Shown: one piece after another, positions 1 to 11,549 of the stretch
Position numbering within the stretch: position 1 is the first letter of the stretch
Layout: the number at the start of each line of letters is the position of its first letter
From: Buchnera aphidicola (Nurudea shiraii)
GTDB lineage: Bacteria; Pseudomonadota; Gammaproteobacteria; Enterobacterales; Enterobacteriaceae
Assembly: GCA_039829955.1 (NCBI GenBank)
Contig: CP140035.1
Location: 18,935 to 82,934 of the forward strand
Direction: 5' to 3'
DNA length: 64,000 bases
Notes under the pieces: generated by a model
Databases searched by the model: none
Told to the model about the DNA's origin: nothing
Seen by the model: the letters and a program-made list of their open reading frames with translations, nothing else
Position numbers and translations under genes: made by a program

Positions 1-665
1 ATACAACCACTATTATAGGTGGAATAGGAGAAAAATACGATATTAGAAATAGAATTAGTCAAATTCGTCAACAAATTCAAGAAGCTACTTCTGATTATGA
101 TAAAGAAAAATTAAACGAGAGATTAGCAAAATTATCAGGTGGAGTAGCTGTGTTAAAAGTTGGTGCTGCTACAGAAGTAGAAATGAAAGAGAAAAAAGCT
201 CGTGTAGAAGATGCTTTACATGCTACTCGTGCTGCTGTAGAAGAAGGTGTTGTTCCGGGAGGTGGAGTAGCTTTGGTTAGAGTTGCTGCTAAAGTTTCTA
301 ATCTTCTTGGACAAAATGAAGATCAAAACGTAGGTATAAGAGTTGCTCTTCGCGCTATGGAAGCACCTTTACGTCAGATTGTTTCTAATTCTGGAGAAGA
401 ACCTTCTGTTGTAACTAATAATGTTAAAGATGGAAAAGGAAATTATGGATATAATGCTGCTACAGATGAATATGGAGATATGATACATTTTGGTATTTTA
501 GATCCTACTAAAGTAACTCGTTCAGCATTACAGTATGCTTCTTCTGTTGCTGGATTGATGATAACAACAGAATGTATGGTGACAGATTTGCCGAAAGATG
601 AAAAATCTGACTTAAACAGCACTCCTTCTGCTCCTGGTATGGGTGGTATGGGTGGAATGATGTAA
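1..665 (+). CDS. groEL: Chaperonin GroEL, C-terminal part (5' end upstream of window)
   Basis: Frame open from base 3. ...[88 protein letters not shown]... and the GMGGMGGMM tail are near-identical to E. coli GroEL. TAA at 663-665. Confidence 0.97.
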   Translation, partial: TTTIIGGIGEKYDIRNRISQIRQQIQEATSDYDKEKLNERLAKLSGGVAVLKVGAATEVEMKEKKARVEDALHATRAAVEEGVVPGGGVALVRVAAKVSNLLGQNEDQNVGIRVALRAMEAPLRQIVSNSGEEPSVVTNNVKDGKGNYGYNAATDEYGDMIHFGILDPTKVTRSALQYASSVAGLMITTECMVTDLPKDEKSDLNSTPSAPGMGGMGGMM

Positions 666-701
666 TTTAGTAAAAATTTTAAATATATTTATTATTATTT
701 T

Positions 702-745
702 AATATTTCTCTCCTTTAGATGTAAAATATTAGGAGAGAAATATT
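702..745 (+). terminator. Intrinsic-terminator-like hairpin after groEL
   Basis: Perfect 14-bp stem AATATTTCTCTCCT (702-715) / AGGAGAGAAATATT (732-745) with a 16-nt loop, followed by TTTAT. It starts 37 nt after the groEL stop, between convergent groEL and dnaC. Confidence 0.6.
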
Positions 746-1066
746 TTTATTAAAAATTAGAAATGTAATTTAAAGTTTTAGTTTTAAAATTGTTAGAATA
801 TTAAAAATTAAATATTTTTTATAAATTTTAAAATTTATACATTTTGAATGTATTATGATTCATATAAAACGTTATCGAAATGCTTTTAAATTTTTATTGA
901 CATTTCAAAATATATATGATTTTAATCATAGTTAAAATTTTATAAAATTTTTATATATTTAAAGATAGAATTTTAATTTTAGATTTTATATTTAATTAGA
1001 TTTCATAGGATTTATATTTTTTTTAAAATATAATATAATTTTATATTTACTTATTATTTCAAAATT

Positions 1067-1792
1067 TTATATATGTCTTCTGTAACTTTCCCATTCAAAT
1101 GTCAACCATAAGCTGTTTCCTAGACGCATACGATCAATAACACGTTCACCTAATAATGCTTTTAATCCTCTGTAATTTAAATTTGATAACATTCCCGTTG
1201 AGCGTTTTGATGATGACCTTCTATCTACAATTTGATTAATAATGATTTTTTCATATTTTGATTCTATTTGCATTCCAATCTCATCTATCATTAATAAATC
1301 TACATTACTTAAATTTTTTAATAAAGTTTCTTCAGTTGTATCACTGTTTCCATTAAAAGTACTTTTTATATTAGACATTAAATCTGCAACAGTTATGATC
1401 AATACACTTTTTCCATTTAAAATTAAATAATTACCTATGGCAGAAGCTAAGTGATTTTTTCCAGTTCCAGGTTTCCCAGAGAAAATAAAACTCGATATAT
1501 TTTTATTAAATTCTTTAGCATATTTTTTTGCAGCTCTAGCTACTTTTTTATGTCCTTCGTGTTCAATACGATAGTTTTTAAAAGAACAATTCAAATATAA
1601 TTCTTTAATTCCTGATTGTCCTAAAATATGTTTTATTTTTGTTTTTTTATTTTTTTTTAAAATAGCTTCAGATGATAGTCTTCCTTGTTCTTGATTCCAT
1701 GCTAGTAAGTCTTCATCATGTGTAAATTTTGGTTTAACATGTTTTGGCATTAAACATTGAAGGCGTTTTAAAAATTTTTTATTTTCGTTCAT
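1067..1792 (-). CDS. dnaC: DNA replication protein DnaC (helicase loader)
   Basis: 241 aa, collinear with E. coli DnaC (245 aa): NCSFKNYRIEHEG, Walker A GKPGTGKNHLA, DLLMIDEIG, VDRRSSSKRSTGMLSN. Contains an in-frame A10 tract (1650-1659 as T on +). Confidence 0.95.
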   Translation of the reverse strand: MNENKKFLKRLQCLMPKHVKPKFTHDEDLLAWNQEQGRLSSEAILKKNKKTKIKHILGQSGIKELYLNCSFKNYRIEHEGHKKVARAAKKYAKEFNKNISSFIFSGKPGTGKNHLASAIGNYLILNGKSVLIITVADLMSNIKSTFNGNSDTTEETLLKNLSNVDLLMIDEIGMQIESKYEKIIINQIVDRRSSSKRSTGMLSNLNYRGLKALLGERVIDRMRLGNSLWLTFEWESYRRHI

Positions 1793-1996
1793 TTTTTCTC
1801 AAGAGTATTTTAGATATTTAATTAGAAATTAATATTGATATTATGGAATTTCGAATAATATAAATTTGAACATATTTTAAAATAATACTTATTTATATAT
1901 TTTATTTAAAACATGAATTGAAATTTTGAGTTTTTAAATAAAATATAAATTAATAAAAAATTGTTTTATTATATATTTTAATATTAAAAAGATATT

Positions 1997-2556
1997 TTAA
2001 TCATATTTTTTGCATATGTGAAGTTGATAATTCACTTTTTTTGTTTTTTTTTCTTTGTATAATTTCCAATTTTTTGGTATAAATATTTTTTTCGATGTAT
2101 TTTCTCTTTCTATATATATTAGCGAATGATTTTTTGTATATCGGTTTTTTTCTAGTTGAATAATAGAATCTTGTAATAACGTAGTATTAAAAGGAGGGTC
2201 TAAAAATATTATGTCGTAAGATTTCCTTGCTTTCTTTAACCATGTTATAGCATGTTTGTGTATTATTTTAAAATTTTTTATATTTAGTTCTATAAGTTTT
2301 TTTTTAATTTCATATACTATTTTTTTTTTTCTATAAAAGTTACATGAGAAGCTTGACGAGAAATTGCTTCTATTCCTAATATTCCACTTCCAGAGAAACA
2401 ATCTAAACATGTAGCATGAATAATTTTTTCTTTTATCCAATTGAATAATGTTTCCCGCATACGATCAGTGGTAGGTCGTATTCCAGAATTTTTTTTAATT
2501 AAAATTTTTTGTCCTCGGAATTTTCCACTTATAATTCGGATTTTATTTTTTTTCAT
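1997..2556 (-). pseudogene. rsmD: 16S rRNA m2G966 methyltransferase RsmD (YhhF), interrupted by a frameshift in an A11 tract
   Basis: Two overlapping ORFs (2317-2556 and 1997-2440) together are collinear with E. coli RsmD (198 aa). The 5' piece has RPTTDRMRETLFNW and DCFSGSG; the 3' piece has DPPF. The frames meet in the run of 11 A (2320-2330). One extra A gives a 186-aa product. Confidence 0.9.
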
Positions 2557-2694
2557 ATTTTATAAATTTTCAATTATGTAATTTAAATGAATTTTTATTT
2601 TTAAAATTTTATATATGTATTTATTTAATTATATAAATAATATATTATTTAAGTATAATTATAGGTATTTGTAAAAACAAGAAGAAATAACATA

Positions 2695-3870
2695 ATGTCA
2701 GAAAATGACAAAAACAAGTTTAAAAAATTTTTTTCTTGGTTTCGTTTTAAAAAAAAAACTGATAAAAAAAACAAATCAAATCAGCATATTTCAAAAAAAG
2801 ATATAATTTCAAAGAAGAAATCTTTAGATTTATGTTCTTCATCTGTAAGTAAAAATACTGTATTTGACAAACAAGATAAGGAATCGTTAAAACTTGATAA
2901 ATTAAATGTTAAATGTTTCGAAAATAAAAAATCTTCTATAAATATTAAAAATCAAGGAAAATTTTCTCGATTAGTACAAAAATTATCAAAAACTAAAGAA
3001 CAATTGGGATTTAGAATTCATAGTTTATTCTTTAAACAAGTTATAAAAGATTCTTTTTTTGAAGATATTTTTGAACAACTTATAATTTCTGATATTGGTT
3101 TAGAAACTACCAATGAATTAATTAATAGTTTAAAAAATGCAATATATTGTCAAAATTTAAAAGATAAAAAAATAGTATTATTGACTTTAAAAAAAATTAT
3201 GATTGATATTTTAAAAAAAGTTGAAAAACCATTAAAAATAACACATAAAAAACCATTTTTTATATTAGTAACAGGTATTAATGGGGTAGGAAAAACATCA
3301 ATTATTGGAAAGTTAGCTCATAAATTTAAAAGTCAAGGAAAGTCAGTCATGTTAGCAGCAGGTGATACATTTCGGGCAGCAGCTGTTGATCAATTAAAAT
3401 TTTTTGGAGAAAAGAGTTTAATTCCAGTGATATTTCAGAAATGTGGAACAGACCCCGCTTCTGTGATTTTTAACGCATTTCAAGTAGCGAGATCAAAAAA
3501 TATTGATATTTTAATAGCAGACACTTCGGGAAGATTACATAATAAAAGTAATTTAATGGAAGAATTAAAAAAAATTAAAAGAGTTATAAAAAAAATAGAT
3601 ATCTCAGCACCTGATGAAACAATTTTAGTATTAGATGCATGCATAGGTCAAAATTCAATAAATCAAGCTAAAATTTTTAAAGAAGCATTAGACGTTACTG
3701 GGTTAGTAATCACTAAATTAGATGGAACTTCTAAAGGGGGAGTAATTTTTTCTATAGCAAAAAATCTCTCTATTCCTATCAGATACATTAGTTTCGGGGA
3801 AAAAATATCAGATATAGATCACTTTAATAGTAAAAATTTTGTAAATGCCATTTTTTCTGAAAACATTTAG
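2695..3870 (+). CDS. ftsY: Signal recognition particle receptor FtsY
   Basis: C-terminal NG GTPase domain with GINGVGKTSIIGKLA, DTSGRLH and TKLDGTSKGG; Lys-rich N-terminal region; in-frame A10 tract at 2749-2758. Confidence 0.95.
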   Translation: MSENDKNKFKKFFSWFRFKKKTDKKNKSNQHISKKDIISKKKSLDLCSSSVSKNTVFDKQDKESLKLDKLNVKCFENKKSSINIKNQGKFSRLVQKLSKTKEQLGFRIHSLFFKQVIKDSFFEDIFEQLIISDIGLETTNELINSLKNAIYCQNLKDKKIVLLTLKKIMIDILKKVEKPLKITHKKPFFILVTGINGVGKTSIIGKLAHKFKSQGKSVMLAAGDTFRAAAVDQLKFFGEKSLIPVIFQKCGTDPASVIFNAFQVARSKNIDILIADTSGRLHNKSNLMEELKKIKRVIKKIDISAPDETILVLDACIGQNSINQAKIFKEALDVTGLVITKLDGTSKGGVIFSIAKNLSIPIRYISFGEKISDIDHFNSKNFVNAIFSENI

Positions 3871-4017
3871 TTTTATTCAAAATTTAGGAGATTTTTTAAA
3901 ATATTATAAAACCGATATATTTGAATTTAACCTTTATTGTTTAGTTTTTTAATAAATTATATGTATAAAATTATATATTACATAATAAATTATATTCTTT
4001 TAGTATGTGGATTACAA

Positions 4018-4875
4018 ATGATTAAAAATAAAAAGATATTATCAGTAGTTTCATTAGGAAATTTAGAATCATACATAAAAGTTGCTAATTCTTGTCCAAT
4101 ATTATCTTTGAAAGAAGAACAATCGCTTTCAAAACGATTATATTATAAAAGTGATTTAGAAGCAGCTAAAATATTAATTTTATCTCATTTAAGATTTGTA
4201 ATTCATATTTCTAGAAATTATACAGGGTACGGATTATTACAATCTGATTTAATACAAGAAGGAAATATTGGTTTAATGAAAGCAGTACGTCGCTTTAATC
4301 CAGAAGTAGGAGTAAGATTAGTATCTTTTGCTATACATTGGATTAAATCTGAAATTCATGAGTATATACTAAGAAATTGGCGTATTGTAAAAGTAGCTAC
4401 TACAAAACCACAGAGAAAATTATTTTTTAATTTGCGTAAAACGAAAAAGAAATTAGGATGGTTTAACAAGAGCGAATTAGATCTTATAGCAAATGAATTA
4501 GGAGTAAAACAAAAAGATGTTAGAGAGATGGAATCTCGTATGTCAGCACAAGATGTAGCTTTACATCCTTTTTTGAATAATCATGTAAAAGGAGATAAAT
4601 GTGTTAATTCAACTTTTTATCTAAAAGACAAGTTATCTAATTTTGCTAATACAGTGGAAGAAAAGAACTGGGATTCGTATACTTTTAATAAATTAAACAG
4701 TGCTCTTTTAAGATTAGATGAAAGGAGTCGTTATATTATTAATACGAGATGGTTAAATGAAAGAAGTAAAATTACTTTAAAAGAAATTGCTAATAGTTAT
4801 GGTATTTCTGCAGAAAGAGTTCGACAATTAGAAAAAAATGCGATGAAAAAATTGCGAATCGCCATAGAAACATAA
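4018..4875 (+). CDS. rpoH: RNA polymerase sigma-32 (heat-shock sigma factor RpoH)
   Basis: 285 aa from ATG 4018, collinear with E. coli RpoH (284 aa): [45 protein letters not shown]. The TTG-initiated extension from 3937 in the ORF track has no homologous counterpart. Confidence 0.93.
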   Translation: MIKNKKILSVVSLGNLESYIKVANSCPILSLKEEQSLSKRLYYKSDLEAAKILILSHLRFVIHISRNYTGYGLLQSDLIQEGNIGLMKAVRRFNPEVGVRLVSFAIHWIKSEIHEYILRNWRIVKVATTKPQRKLFFNLRKTKKKLGWFNKSELDLIANELGVKQKDVREMESRMSAQDVALHPFLNNHVKGDKCVNSTFYLKDKLSNFANTVEEKNWDSYTFNKLNSALLRLDERSRYIINTRWLNERSKITLKEIANSYGISAERVRQLEKNAMKKLRIAIET

Positions 4876-4886
4876 AATTTTAATTT

Positions 4887-4909
4887 AGAATACAATCTTT
4901 TTGTATTTT
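4887..4909. terminator. Weak AT-rich hairpin between convergent rpoH and glmS
   Basis: Stem AATACAA (4889-4895) / TTGTATT (4901-4907) with a 5-nt loop, followed by TTTA. Short and AT-only, so this is a low-confidence call. Confidence 0.3.
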
Positions 4910-4960
4910 AAATGAATTTTATGTTAATTCTAACAGATTGATGTTTATAATTTTGCTTTT

Positions 4961-6793
4961 TTATTCTACCGTAACTGATTTTGCTAAATTTCTAGGTTGA
5001 TCTATGTTTTTTTCTTTCATTAAGGCAGTATAATACGCTAATAGTTGTATAGGAATAGAATAAAAAATAGGAGAAATTAAATTTTCTACATACGGTAATC
5101 TAATTATATTTTTATTAGTGTTAAATTCAGCATTTAAATCTGAAAATATATAAGTTAAACCTTTTCTAACATGAATTTCCTCTATATTTAATTGTATTTT
5201 TTTTAATAAATGATTGTTAGGAGCAATGATTATAACTGGTATATTAGAATCTATCAGAGCTAAAGGGCCATGTTTTAACTCTCCTATAGAATATCCTTCT
5301 GCATGAATATAAGAAATTTCTTTCATTTTTAATGCTCCTTCCATGGCAATGGGATATAATTCACCTTTTCCTAAAAAAATAATATTTTTTCTATTAAATA
5401 TTTTTTTTGCTAAGGAATGAATGATGTTTTTATATTTTAATGCTTCTTCTAATCTTTCTGGAAGCACATTAAGTGTATTTATTATTTTTTCTTCTAATTT
5501 TAAATTACTTCTTTTTAAGCTGATTAATTTAGTAACTAACATTAGTAAAATAGTTAATTGTGCAGTAAATGCTTTAGTAGATGCTACACCTATTTCTATT
5601 CCGGCATGAGTAAGTAATGAAAAATCTGATTCATATACTAAAGATGAATTGTTTGAATTACATATGGCTAATGATCCTAAATATTTAAAATTTTTTGAAA
5701 TTCTTAAAGCCGTTAAACTATCAGCAGTTTCTCCAGATTGAGATAGTATTAATAACAAACTATTTTTTCTTACTACGAATTTTCTATAACAAAATTCTGA
5801 AGCAATTTCAACATCACATGATATCATAGCAAGCGATTCAAACCAGTATCTCGATACTAATCCGGCATAATATGATGTTCCACATGCTACAATATGAATG
5901 TGTTCGGTTTTAAATAGTATTTTTTCAGCATGTGAGTTTAACTCTGAAAAATAAATTTTTTTATTTTTAGTTAATCTATTTAAAATAGTATTCCGTATTG
6001 AATGAGGTTGTTCATGTATTTCTTTTTCCATGTAATGTCTAAATATTCCTTTATGTATATTATCTGATTTAATTTTAAGATATTTAATTTTTCTTGTTTT
6101 TAACATTCCATCTTTATCAAAAATAGTAACATTATAATGCTTTAATATTGCAATATCTCCATCGTGTAAATATATAAAATGTTTTGTAATTTTTGATAAA
6201 GCTAGTTGATCTGATGCAACATAGTTTTCTTTATCTCCTATTCCTATTATTAGAGGATTTCCTAATCGTACTGCTATTAATATATTAGGGTTATTTGCAT
6301 CCATAACTACTATGCTATAATTTCCTTTTAATTGTTGAATAACATTTTGAATAATTTTAATAAAACTATCCTTTTTATTTATAATTTGAGTAAAATGAAT
6401 TAAATGAGCAATTACTTCTGTATCAGTATTAGAAGAAAAATGATATCCTTTTTTTTTTAAATATATTTTTATGTTTTTATAGTTTTCGATTATTCCATTA
6501 TGTACGACAGAAATGTTATTAGATATTTGGGGATGTGCATTTTTTACTAATGCTTTTCCATGTGTAGCCCATCTGGTATGCGCCATTCCTATTTTTCCAT
6601 TTAAATTGTTTTTTTCAATAATTTTTATTAAATTATAAACTTTTCCTTTAGCTCGGAAGCGTAAAATTTTTTTGTTTTTATTAATAATAGCTAACCCAGA
6701 AGAATCATATCCTCTATATTCTAATTGTATTATTCCTTCTTTTAATATTGATATAATATTCCTTTGAGCGATAGCAGCGATAATTCCACACAT
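4961..6793 (-). CDS. glmS: Glutamine--fructose-6-phosphate aminotransferase
   Basis: 610 aa, starts MCGI (N-terminal nucleophile Cys) and ends ...NLAKSVTVE as in E. coli GlmS. In-frame A10 tract (6449-6458 as T). Confidence 0.96.
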   Translation of the reverse strand: MCGIIAAIAQRNIISILKEGIIQLEYRGYDSSGLAIINKNKKILRFRAKGKVYNLIKIIEKNNLNGKIGMAHTRWATHGKALVKNAHPQISNNISVVHNGIIENYKNIKIYLKKKGYHFSSNTDTEVIAHLIHFTQIINKKDSFIKIIQNVIQQLKGNYSIVVMDANNPNILIAVRLGNPLIIGIGDKENYVASDQLALSKITKHFIYLHDGDIAILKHYNVTIFDKDGMLKTRKIKYLKIKSDNIHKGIFRHYMEKEIHEQPHSIRNTILNRLTKNKKIYFSELNSHAEKILFKTEHIHIVACGTSYYAGLVSRYWFESLAMISCDVEIASEFCYRKFVVRKNSLLLILSQSGETADSLTALRISKNFKYLGSLAICNSNNSSLVYESDFSLLTHAGIEIGVASTKAFTAQLTILLMLVTKLISLKRSNLKLEEKIINTLNVLPERLEEALKYKNIIHSLAKKIFNRKNIIFLGKGELYPIAMEGALKMKEISYIHAEGYSIGELKHGPLALIDSNIPVIIIAPNNHLLKKIQLNIEEIHVRKGLTYIFSDLNAEFNTNKNIIRLPYVENLISPIFYSIPIQLLAYYTALMKEKNIDQPRNLAKSVTVE

Positions 6794-6823
6794 TTTATAC
6801 CCTATAATTAAAATTTATAATTT

Positions 6824-8173
6824 TTAAAGTTTTTTTTTTTGTATTTCTTTTTTTTTGTTGTAAACTAAGCTAAATTTATTAACATTTTTTGTAACTGTAG
6901 TCCCTGCTGCAATAACAGTGTGATGTGAAATGGTAATAGGAGCAATTAACTGGCAATTTGATCCGATAAAAACATTGTCTCCTATAATAGTATTAAACTT
7001 ATTTTTTCCGTTATAATTACAAAAAATAGTTCCTGCTCCTATGTTAACGTGTTTTCCAACTTTAGAATTTCCTAAATAACTTAAATGTTTTGCTTTTGAT
7101 TTACAATCTATTGTAGTTTCTTTAGTTTCGACAAAATTTCCTATTTGAACGTGATTGTTTAGCACTGTTCCACTTCTCAAATGAGAAAAGGGGCCAATGA
7201 TACAATTATTTTTAATAATTGTTTTTTCAATAATAGTATATGCTTTAATGTAACAATTATCTCCAATTTGGCTATTTTTTATAATACACCCGGGTCCAAT
7301 TTTTACGCAATTTCCTAATATAATAGTTCCTTTTAAAATTACTCCAGTGTCAATTTCTATATTTTTTCCATATTTTACTGTTCCTCGAATATGAAAGTTT
7401 TTTGGATCATGTAGTGTAACACCTGACAATAATAAATTATTAATTTTTTTTTGTTGATATAGTTCTTTAGCTATTGATAATTGAAGTTTATTGTTTATAC
7501 CTTGTATTTCATGTATATGAACAGGATTAACAGAATGTATTATATTTTTATTTTTGTAAGCAATATAAATAATATCAGTAATATAGTATTCGTTGTTTGC
7601 ATTTTTATTTTTTATTTTCTTCGTCCAATCTTTTAAATTTTTTCCGGTAGTAATAAAAATTCCAGAATTTATTTCGCGAATTTTTAGTTGTTTTTGGGTA
7701 GCGTCTTTACATTCCACAATTTTTATTATTTTTCCATTTTTTCTAATGATTCTTCCAAAATCGTTAGAATTTTTTAATTTAGCTGTTAATAAACTAATTG
7801 ATGATTTTTTTTTAGATAATATTAATTTTTTTAGAGATTCATTAGATATTAATGGCATATCTCCGTAAAGAATTAAATAATTTTCGTCATTTTTTATAAT
7901 GTTTGTCATTTGACATACAGCATGTCCTGTACCTAAAATTCTATTTTGTTTTATCCAAATTAATGTGGGATCAGTAATAATAGATTTGAGTAATTTATAT
8001 TTGCTATTATAAATTAAGTAAATATTTTTTGAATTAATAGATTTTGCTAAATTTACAACATGTTGTATTATAGGTTTATCTCCTAACATATGAAGAACTT
8101 TAGGATAATTAGAACGCATTCTTCTTCCTTTTCCGGCAGCGAGAATGATAACATTTATATTTTTTTTTGACAT
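6824..8173 (-). CDS. glmU: Bifunctional GlcNAc-1-P uridyltransferase / GlcN-1-P acetyltransferase
   Basis: 449 aa. N-terminal LAAGKGRRM nucleotidyltransferase motif plus C-terminal hexapeptide-repeat beta-helix. In-frame A11 tract just before the stop (6830-6840 as T). Confidence 0.93.
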   Translation of the reverse strand: MSKKNINVIILAAGKGRRMRSNYPKVLHMLGDKPIIQHVVNLAKSINSKNIYLIYNSKYKLLKSIITDPTLIWIKQNRILGTGHAVCQMTNIIKNDENYLILYGDMPLISNESLKKLILSKKKSSISLLTAKLKNSNDFGRIIRKNGKIIKIVECKDATQKQLKIREINSGIFITTGKNLKDWTKKIKNKNANNEYYITDIIYIAYKNKNIIHSVNPVHIHEIQGINNKLQLSIAKELYQQKKINNLLLSGVTLHDPKNFHIRGTVKYGKNIEIDTGVILKGTIILGNCVKIGPGCIIKNSQIGDNCYIKAYTIIEKTIIKNNCIIGPFSHLRSGTVLNNHVQIGNFVETKETTIDCKSKAKHLSYLGNSKVGKHVNIGAGTIFCNYNGKNKFNTIIGDNVFIGSNCQLIAPITISHHTVIAAGTTVTKNVNKFSLVYNKKKEIQKKKL

Positions 8174-8339
8174 ATATTTGCTCTTGATTTTATTTTAATA
8201 TTCAGTTGTAAGCTGCTTTTTAGATATTACATTTTAAAGGAATAAAATATTTAACGTCTTATTTTATCTGATTATATAGATTTAATATCTTTTATATTTA
8301 AATATTATTCATTAACAATTAGTATACATTAAGGTTTCT

Positions 8340-9155
8340 ATGTATTATGATATTATTTCGATTGATCTTGATGGAACGCTTTTGTCTCCAGACAGTCATG
8401 TAAGTGAGTATACGAAAAATGTTATTAGAATTTTATCTAGTAAAGGAGTATATTTTGTAATAGCAACAGGTAGACATCATGTTGAAGCGAATATAATTAA
8501 AAATATTTTAAATATTCCAGCATTTTTAATTACTTCTAATGGAGCAAGAGTATATGATCAATCTGGTTCTCTAATATATAGTTGTGATATAAACGAAGAC
8601 ATAGTATTAAATTTAGTACGTTCATTTTTTTTCGAAAAAGATATATTAATTCAATTATATTCTCATGAAAATTGGTATGTTAATAATGTTTGTCATAGCA
8701 ATGTAAATTTTTATTCGTTTTTAGGATTTCAATATAAGTTATTTGATTGCATATCTCCAATATATCAAAATATTAGTAAAATATTTTTTACTAGTAAAAA
8801 TATTGAAAAATTATTGTTTTTAAAAAAGAAAATTTTAAGTAGATTTAATGGTTCTATAAATATTAGTTTTTCTAGTTTGTATTGTGTAGAAGTGATGTCT
8901 AGTAAAGTTTCTAAAGGGAATGCTTTGAAGATTATTTTAAATTTATTAAAATCATCATCTAAAAAGTGCTTATCTTTTGGTAATTCTATGAATGATAAAG
9001 AGATGTTAGAATTTTCTGAAAAAGGATGTATTATGAAAAATAGTGATTATTTTCTTAAAAAATCTCTTTCTCAGTTTGAAGTGATTGGAAATAATATAGA
9101 AGATGGAGTAGCAAAATACTTAAAAAAAACTTTTAAAATTAATTTAAAAAATTAA
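8340..9155 (+). CDS. yigL: Cof-type HAD-IIB sugar phosphatase, YigL-like
   Basis: MYYDIISIDLDGTLLSPDSHVSEYTKNVIRILSSKGVYFVIATGRHHVEA...ITSNGARVYD aligns along its length with E. coli YigL (MYQVVASDLDGTLLSPDHTLSPYAKE...FATGRHHVDV...ITSNGARVHD). AAGG 5 nt before the ATG. Confidence 0.75.
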   Translation: MYYDIISIDLDGTLLSPDSHVSEYTKNVIRILSSKGVYFVIATGRHHVEANIIKNILNIPAFLITSNGARVYDQSGSLIYSCDINEDIVLNLVRSFFFEKDILIQLYSHENWYVNNVCHSNVNFYSFLGFQYKLFDCISPIYQNISKIFFTSKNIEKLLFLKKKILSRFNGSINISFSSLYCVEVMSSKVSKGNALKIILNLLKSSSKKCLSFGNSMNDKEMLEFSEKGCIMKNSDYFLKKSLSQFEVIGNNIEDGVAKYLKKTFKINLKN

Positions 9156-9275
9156 AGTAGTTATTTATTTTTTATAATAAAATGTTTTAAGAAGTTTACT
9201 GTTACAATTTAATTATAACATACATGCAAATGTATTAAGAGATTATACATATATGTTATATTCGGAGTTTATTAA

Positions 9276-11549
9276 ATGAAAGTTTTTAGTCATATATTAG
9301 GTTTTCCTAGGATTGGTGTGAATCGAGAATTAAAAATTGCACAAGAGAGTTATTGGTCTGGTAAAATTTCTCAAGATCAGTTGTTATCGGTTGGAAAAAG
9401 TTTGAGAAAAAAACATTGGAAGCAGCAATTTGAAAACGGTATAGATTTCATTTCTGTGGGTGATTTTGCTTGGTATGATCATGTATTAGGAATGACTATG
9501 TTGTTAGGAAATATTCCAGAAAGACATCAATGTAAAAATGGTACTATCACTTTAGATACTTTATTTCATATTGCACGTGGTAATTCTATTAAAAATACAT
9601 TAATACCTGCTTCAGATATGACAAAATGGTTTGATACTAATTATCATTATATTGTTCCTGAATTTACGCGTAATTCAAATTTTAGCTTATCTTGGATTCA
9701 ATTATTAGAAGAAATTGACGAAGCACTCTTATTAGGTTATCAAGTTAAGCCAATTATTTTAGGTCCATTAACATATTTATGGTTAGGAAAAATTAAAGGT
9801 ACTCATTTTGAAAAGTTAAGTTTATTAAAAAAAATTATTCCAGTATATCAAAATCTTTTATTAGAGTTAAAAAAAAGAAATATTTTGTGGGTGCAAATAG
9901 ATGAGCCAATTTTAGTTTTAGAATTACCAGAAGCATGGAAAAAATCTTTTTATTTTGTTTATGAAAGTTTGTTAGGTTACAGTAAAATATTATTAGCTAC
10001 GTATTTTGGAAGTATTAATCACAATCTTGATGTAATTTGTAAATTGCCTGTACAAGGTCTGCATATAGATCTAGTATCTGGAAAATGTAATTTATCTTTG
10101 TTAAATTCGCAAATTTCTGAAGATTGGGTATTATCGTTAGGTATGATAAATGGAAGAAATATTTGGCGTACAAATTTGTCTCAATGGTTTAAAAAATTAT
10201 CAGAATTTTTAATTTTTAGGAATAAGGTGTGGATAGCTTCTTCTTGTTCATTGCTACATTCCCCTGTAGATGTTAAGTATGAATTATCTTTAGATAAGAA
10301 GACCAAGAGCTGGTTTGCTTTTGCTATACAAAAATGTCAAGAATTACGTTTGTTAAAAGACGCGTTAAATAACAATATTATAACTGAAATAGATTTATGG
10401 AGTCATCCTGTCCATTTTCGCTCTCAATTCAGTATCAAGAATGATACTTTAATAAAAGATAAATCAAGTAAATTTTTATCACAAGACGATAATAAAAGAA
10501 GACATCCTTATTCTATTAGATCAAAAAAACAAAAAATAAAATTGAGCTTACCAATTTTACCTATTACTACAATCGGATCTTTTCCTCAAACAAAAGAAAT
10601 AAGAAAACTTAGATTTAATTTTAAAAAAGGAAATATAAGTTATGAAGAATATAAAAATGTGTTATGTAAACATATAAGATCAGTTATTTCTTTTCAAGAA
10701 AATTTAGGAATAGATGTTTTAACTCACGGTGAATTTGAAAGAAATGACATGGTAGAATATTTTAGTGAACACTTAAATGGTTTTGTATTTACACAAAATG
10801 GATGGGTTCAAAGTTATGGTTCAAGATGTGTAAAACCTCCTATTATCGTAGGAGATATTAGTCGATCTAAATCTATTACTACAAAATGGATTACATATGC
10901 ACAATCTTTAACTAATAAACCAGTAAAAGGTATGTTAACTGGCCCTATAACTATTTTATGTTGGTCTTTTTTGAGAGAAGATGTGTCAAAAGAAAATATA
11001 GCTAAACAAATCGCTATAGCTTTGCGAGATGAAGTGTTAGAGTTAGAGAAAAAAGGAATAAATATTATTCAAATTGACGAACCAGCTTTAAGAGAAGGAT
11101 TGCCTTTACGAAATAGTTTATGGAATCAATATTTATCTTGGGCTATTGAAGCTTTTCGATTAACGTATTTAGGTGTTAAAGATGAAACTCAAATTCACAC
11201 GCACATGTGTTATTGTGAGTTTAATGATATTATGGATGCGATTGTTTTGTTAGATGTAGATGTTATCACTATTGAAACGTCTCGATCTGATATGGAATTG
11301 TTAGAATTTTTTAAAGATTTTAAATATCCTAATGGAATTGGTCCAGGTATATATGATGTGCATTCGCCATCTGTACCGAGTATTGAGTGGATGACCGAAT
11401 TATTAAAAAAAGCTATTAATTACATTCCAATAAGTAGATTATGGGTGAATCCAGATTGTGGATTAAAAACAAGAGATTGGGAAACTACTCAGTTATCGTT
11501 GCAAAATATGGTTAAAGCAGCTAAAATTATTAGGAACGATTATAATTAA
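9276..11549 (+). CDS. metE: Cobalamin-independent methionine synthase
   Basis: 757 aa, collinear with E. coli MetE (753 aa); HMCYCEF and NPDCGLKTR zinc-site regions present; GGAG 8 nt before the ATG. Confidence 0.96.
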   Translation: MKVFSHILGFPRIGVNRELKIAQESYWSGKISQDQLLSVGKSLRKKHWKQQFENGIDFISVGDFAWYDHVLGMTMLLGNIPERHQCKNGTITLDTLFHIARGNSIKNTLIPASDMTKWFDTNYHYIVPEFTRNSNFSLSWIQLLEEIDEALLLGYQVKPIILGPLTYLWLGKIKGTHFEKLSLLKKIIPVYQNLLLELKKRNILWVQIDEPILVLELPEAWKKSFYFVYESLLGYSKILLATYFGSINHNLDVICKLPVQGLHIDLVSGKCNLSLLNSQISEDWVLSLGMINGRNIWRTNLSQWFKKLSEFLIFRNKVWIASSCSLLHSPVDVKYELSLDKKTKSWFAFAIQKCQELRLLKDALNNNIITEIDLWSHPVHFRSQFSIKNDTLIKDKSSKFLSQDDNKRRHPYSIRSKKQKIKLSLPILPITTIGSFPQTKEIRKLRFNFKKGNISYEEYKNVLCKHIRSVISFQENLGIDVLTHGEFERNDMVEYFSEHLNGFVFTQNGWVQSYGSRCVKPPIIVGDISRSKSITTKWITYAQSLTNKPVKGMLTGPITILCWSFLREDVSKENIAKQIAIALRDEVLELEKKGINIIQIDEPALREGLPLRNSLWNQYLSWAIEAFRLTYLGVKDETQIHTHMCYCEFNDIMDAIVLLDVDVITIETSRSDMELLEFFKDFKYPNGIGPGIYDVHSPSVPSIEWMTELLKKAINYIPISRLWVNPDCGLKTRDWETTQLSLQNMVKAAKIIRNDYN

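Noticed and set aside
897-926. Promoter-like TTGACA (897-902) with TTTAAT about 18 nt downstream
   Set aside because: It points on the plus strand into the 3' end of the convergent dnaC, so there is no gene to drive. Such hexamers are expected by chance at this base composition.
1242-1430. Small antisense or alternate-frame ORFs within dnaC, glmS, glmU, purH, rplA, rplK, nusG, metF, rpoD, dnaG, ribB, crr, ptsI, fliI, fliK, fliN-fliP, fliQ and fliR (for example 1242-1430, 5421-5609, 7593-7868, 14186-14392, 24790-25023, 25108-25383, 26115-26312, 29775-29957, 35874-36113, 38183-38395, 38620-38808, 40885-41100, 43664-44035, 44349-44585, 45057-45245, 55524-55742, 57114-57341, 59154-59417, 59563-59745, 59839-60096, 60745-60936, 61141-61443)
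   Set aside because: All are embedded in or opposite well-supported genes. They are Ile/Phe/Lys/Asn-rich translations typical of AT-rich shadow frames.
1997-2556. Treating 2317-2556 and 1997-2440 as two independent overlapping genes
   Set aside because: Together they are collinear halves of a single RsmD, and the overlap is just the region where both frames happen to be open around the A11 tract.
3937-4017. N-terminal extensions suggested by the ORF track for rpoH (3937), rpsU (39191), ptsH (46134), crr (44004), fliM (58156) and fliR (60986)
   Set aside because: Homology to the E. coli proteins begins at the internal ATG in each case. For ptsH, a good SD also precedes the internal ATG. The extensions use TTG or add non-homologous residues, and the crr extension would overlap ptsI.
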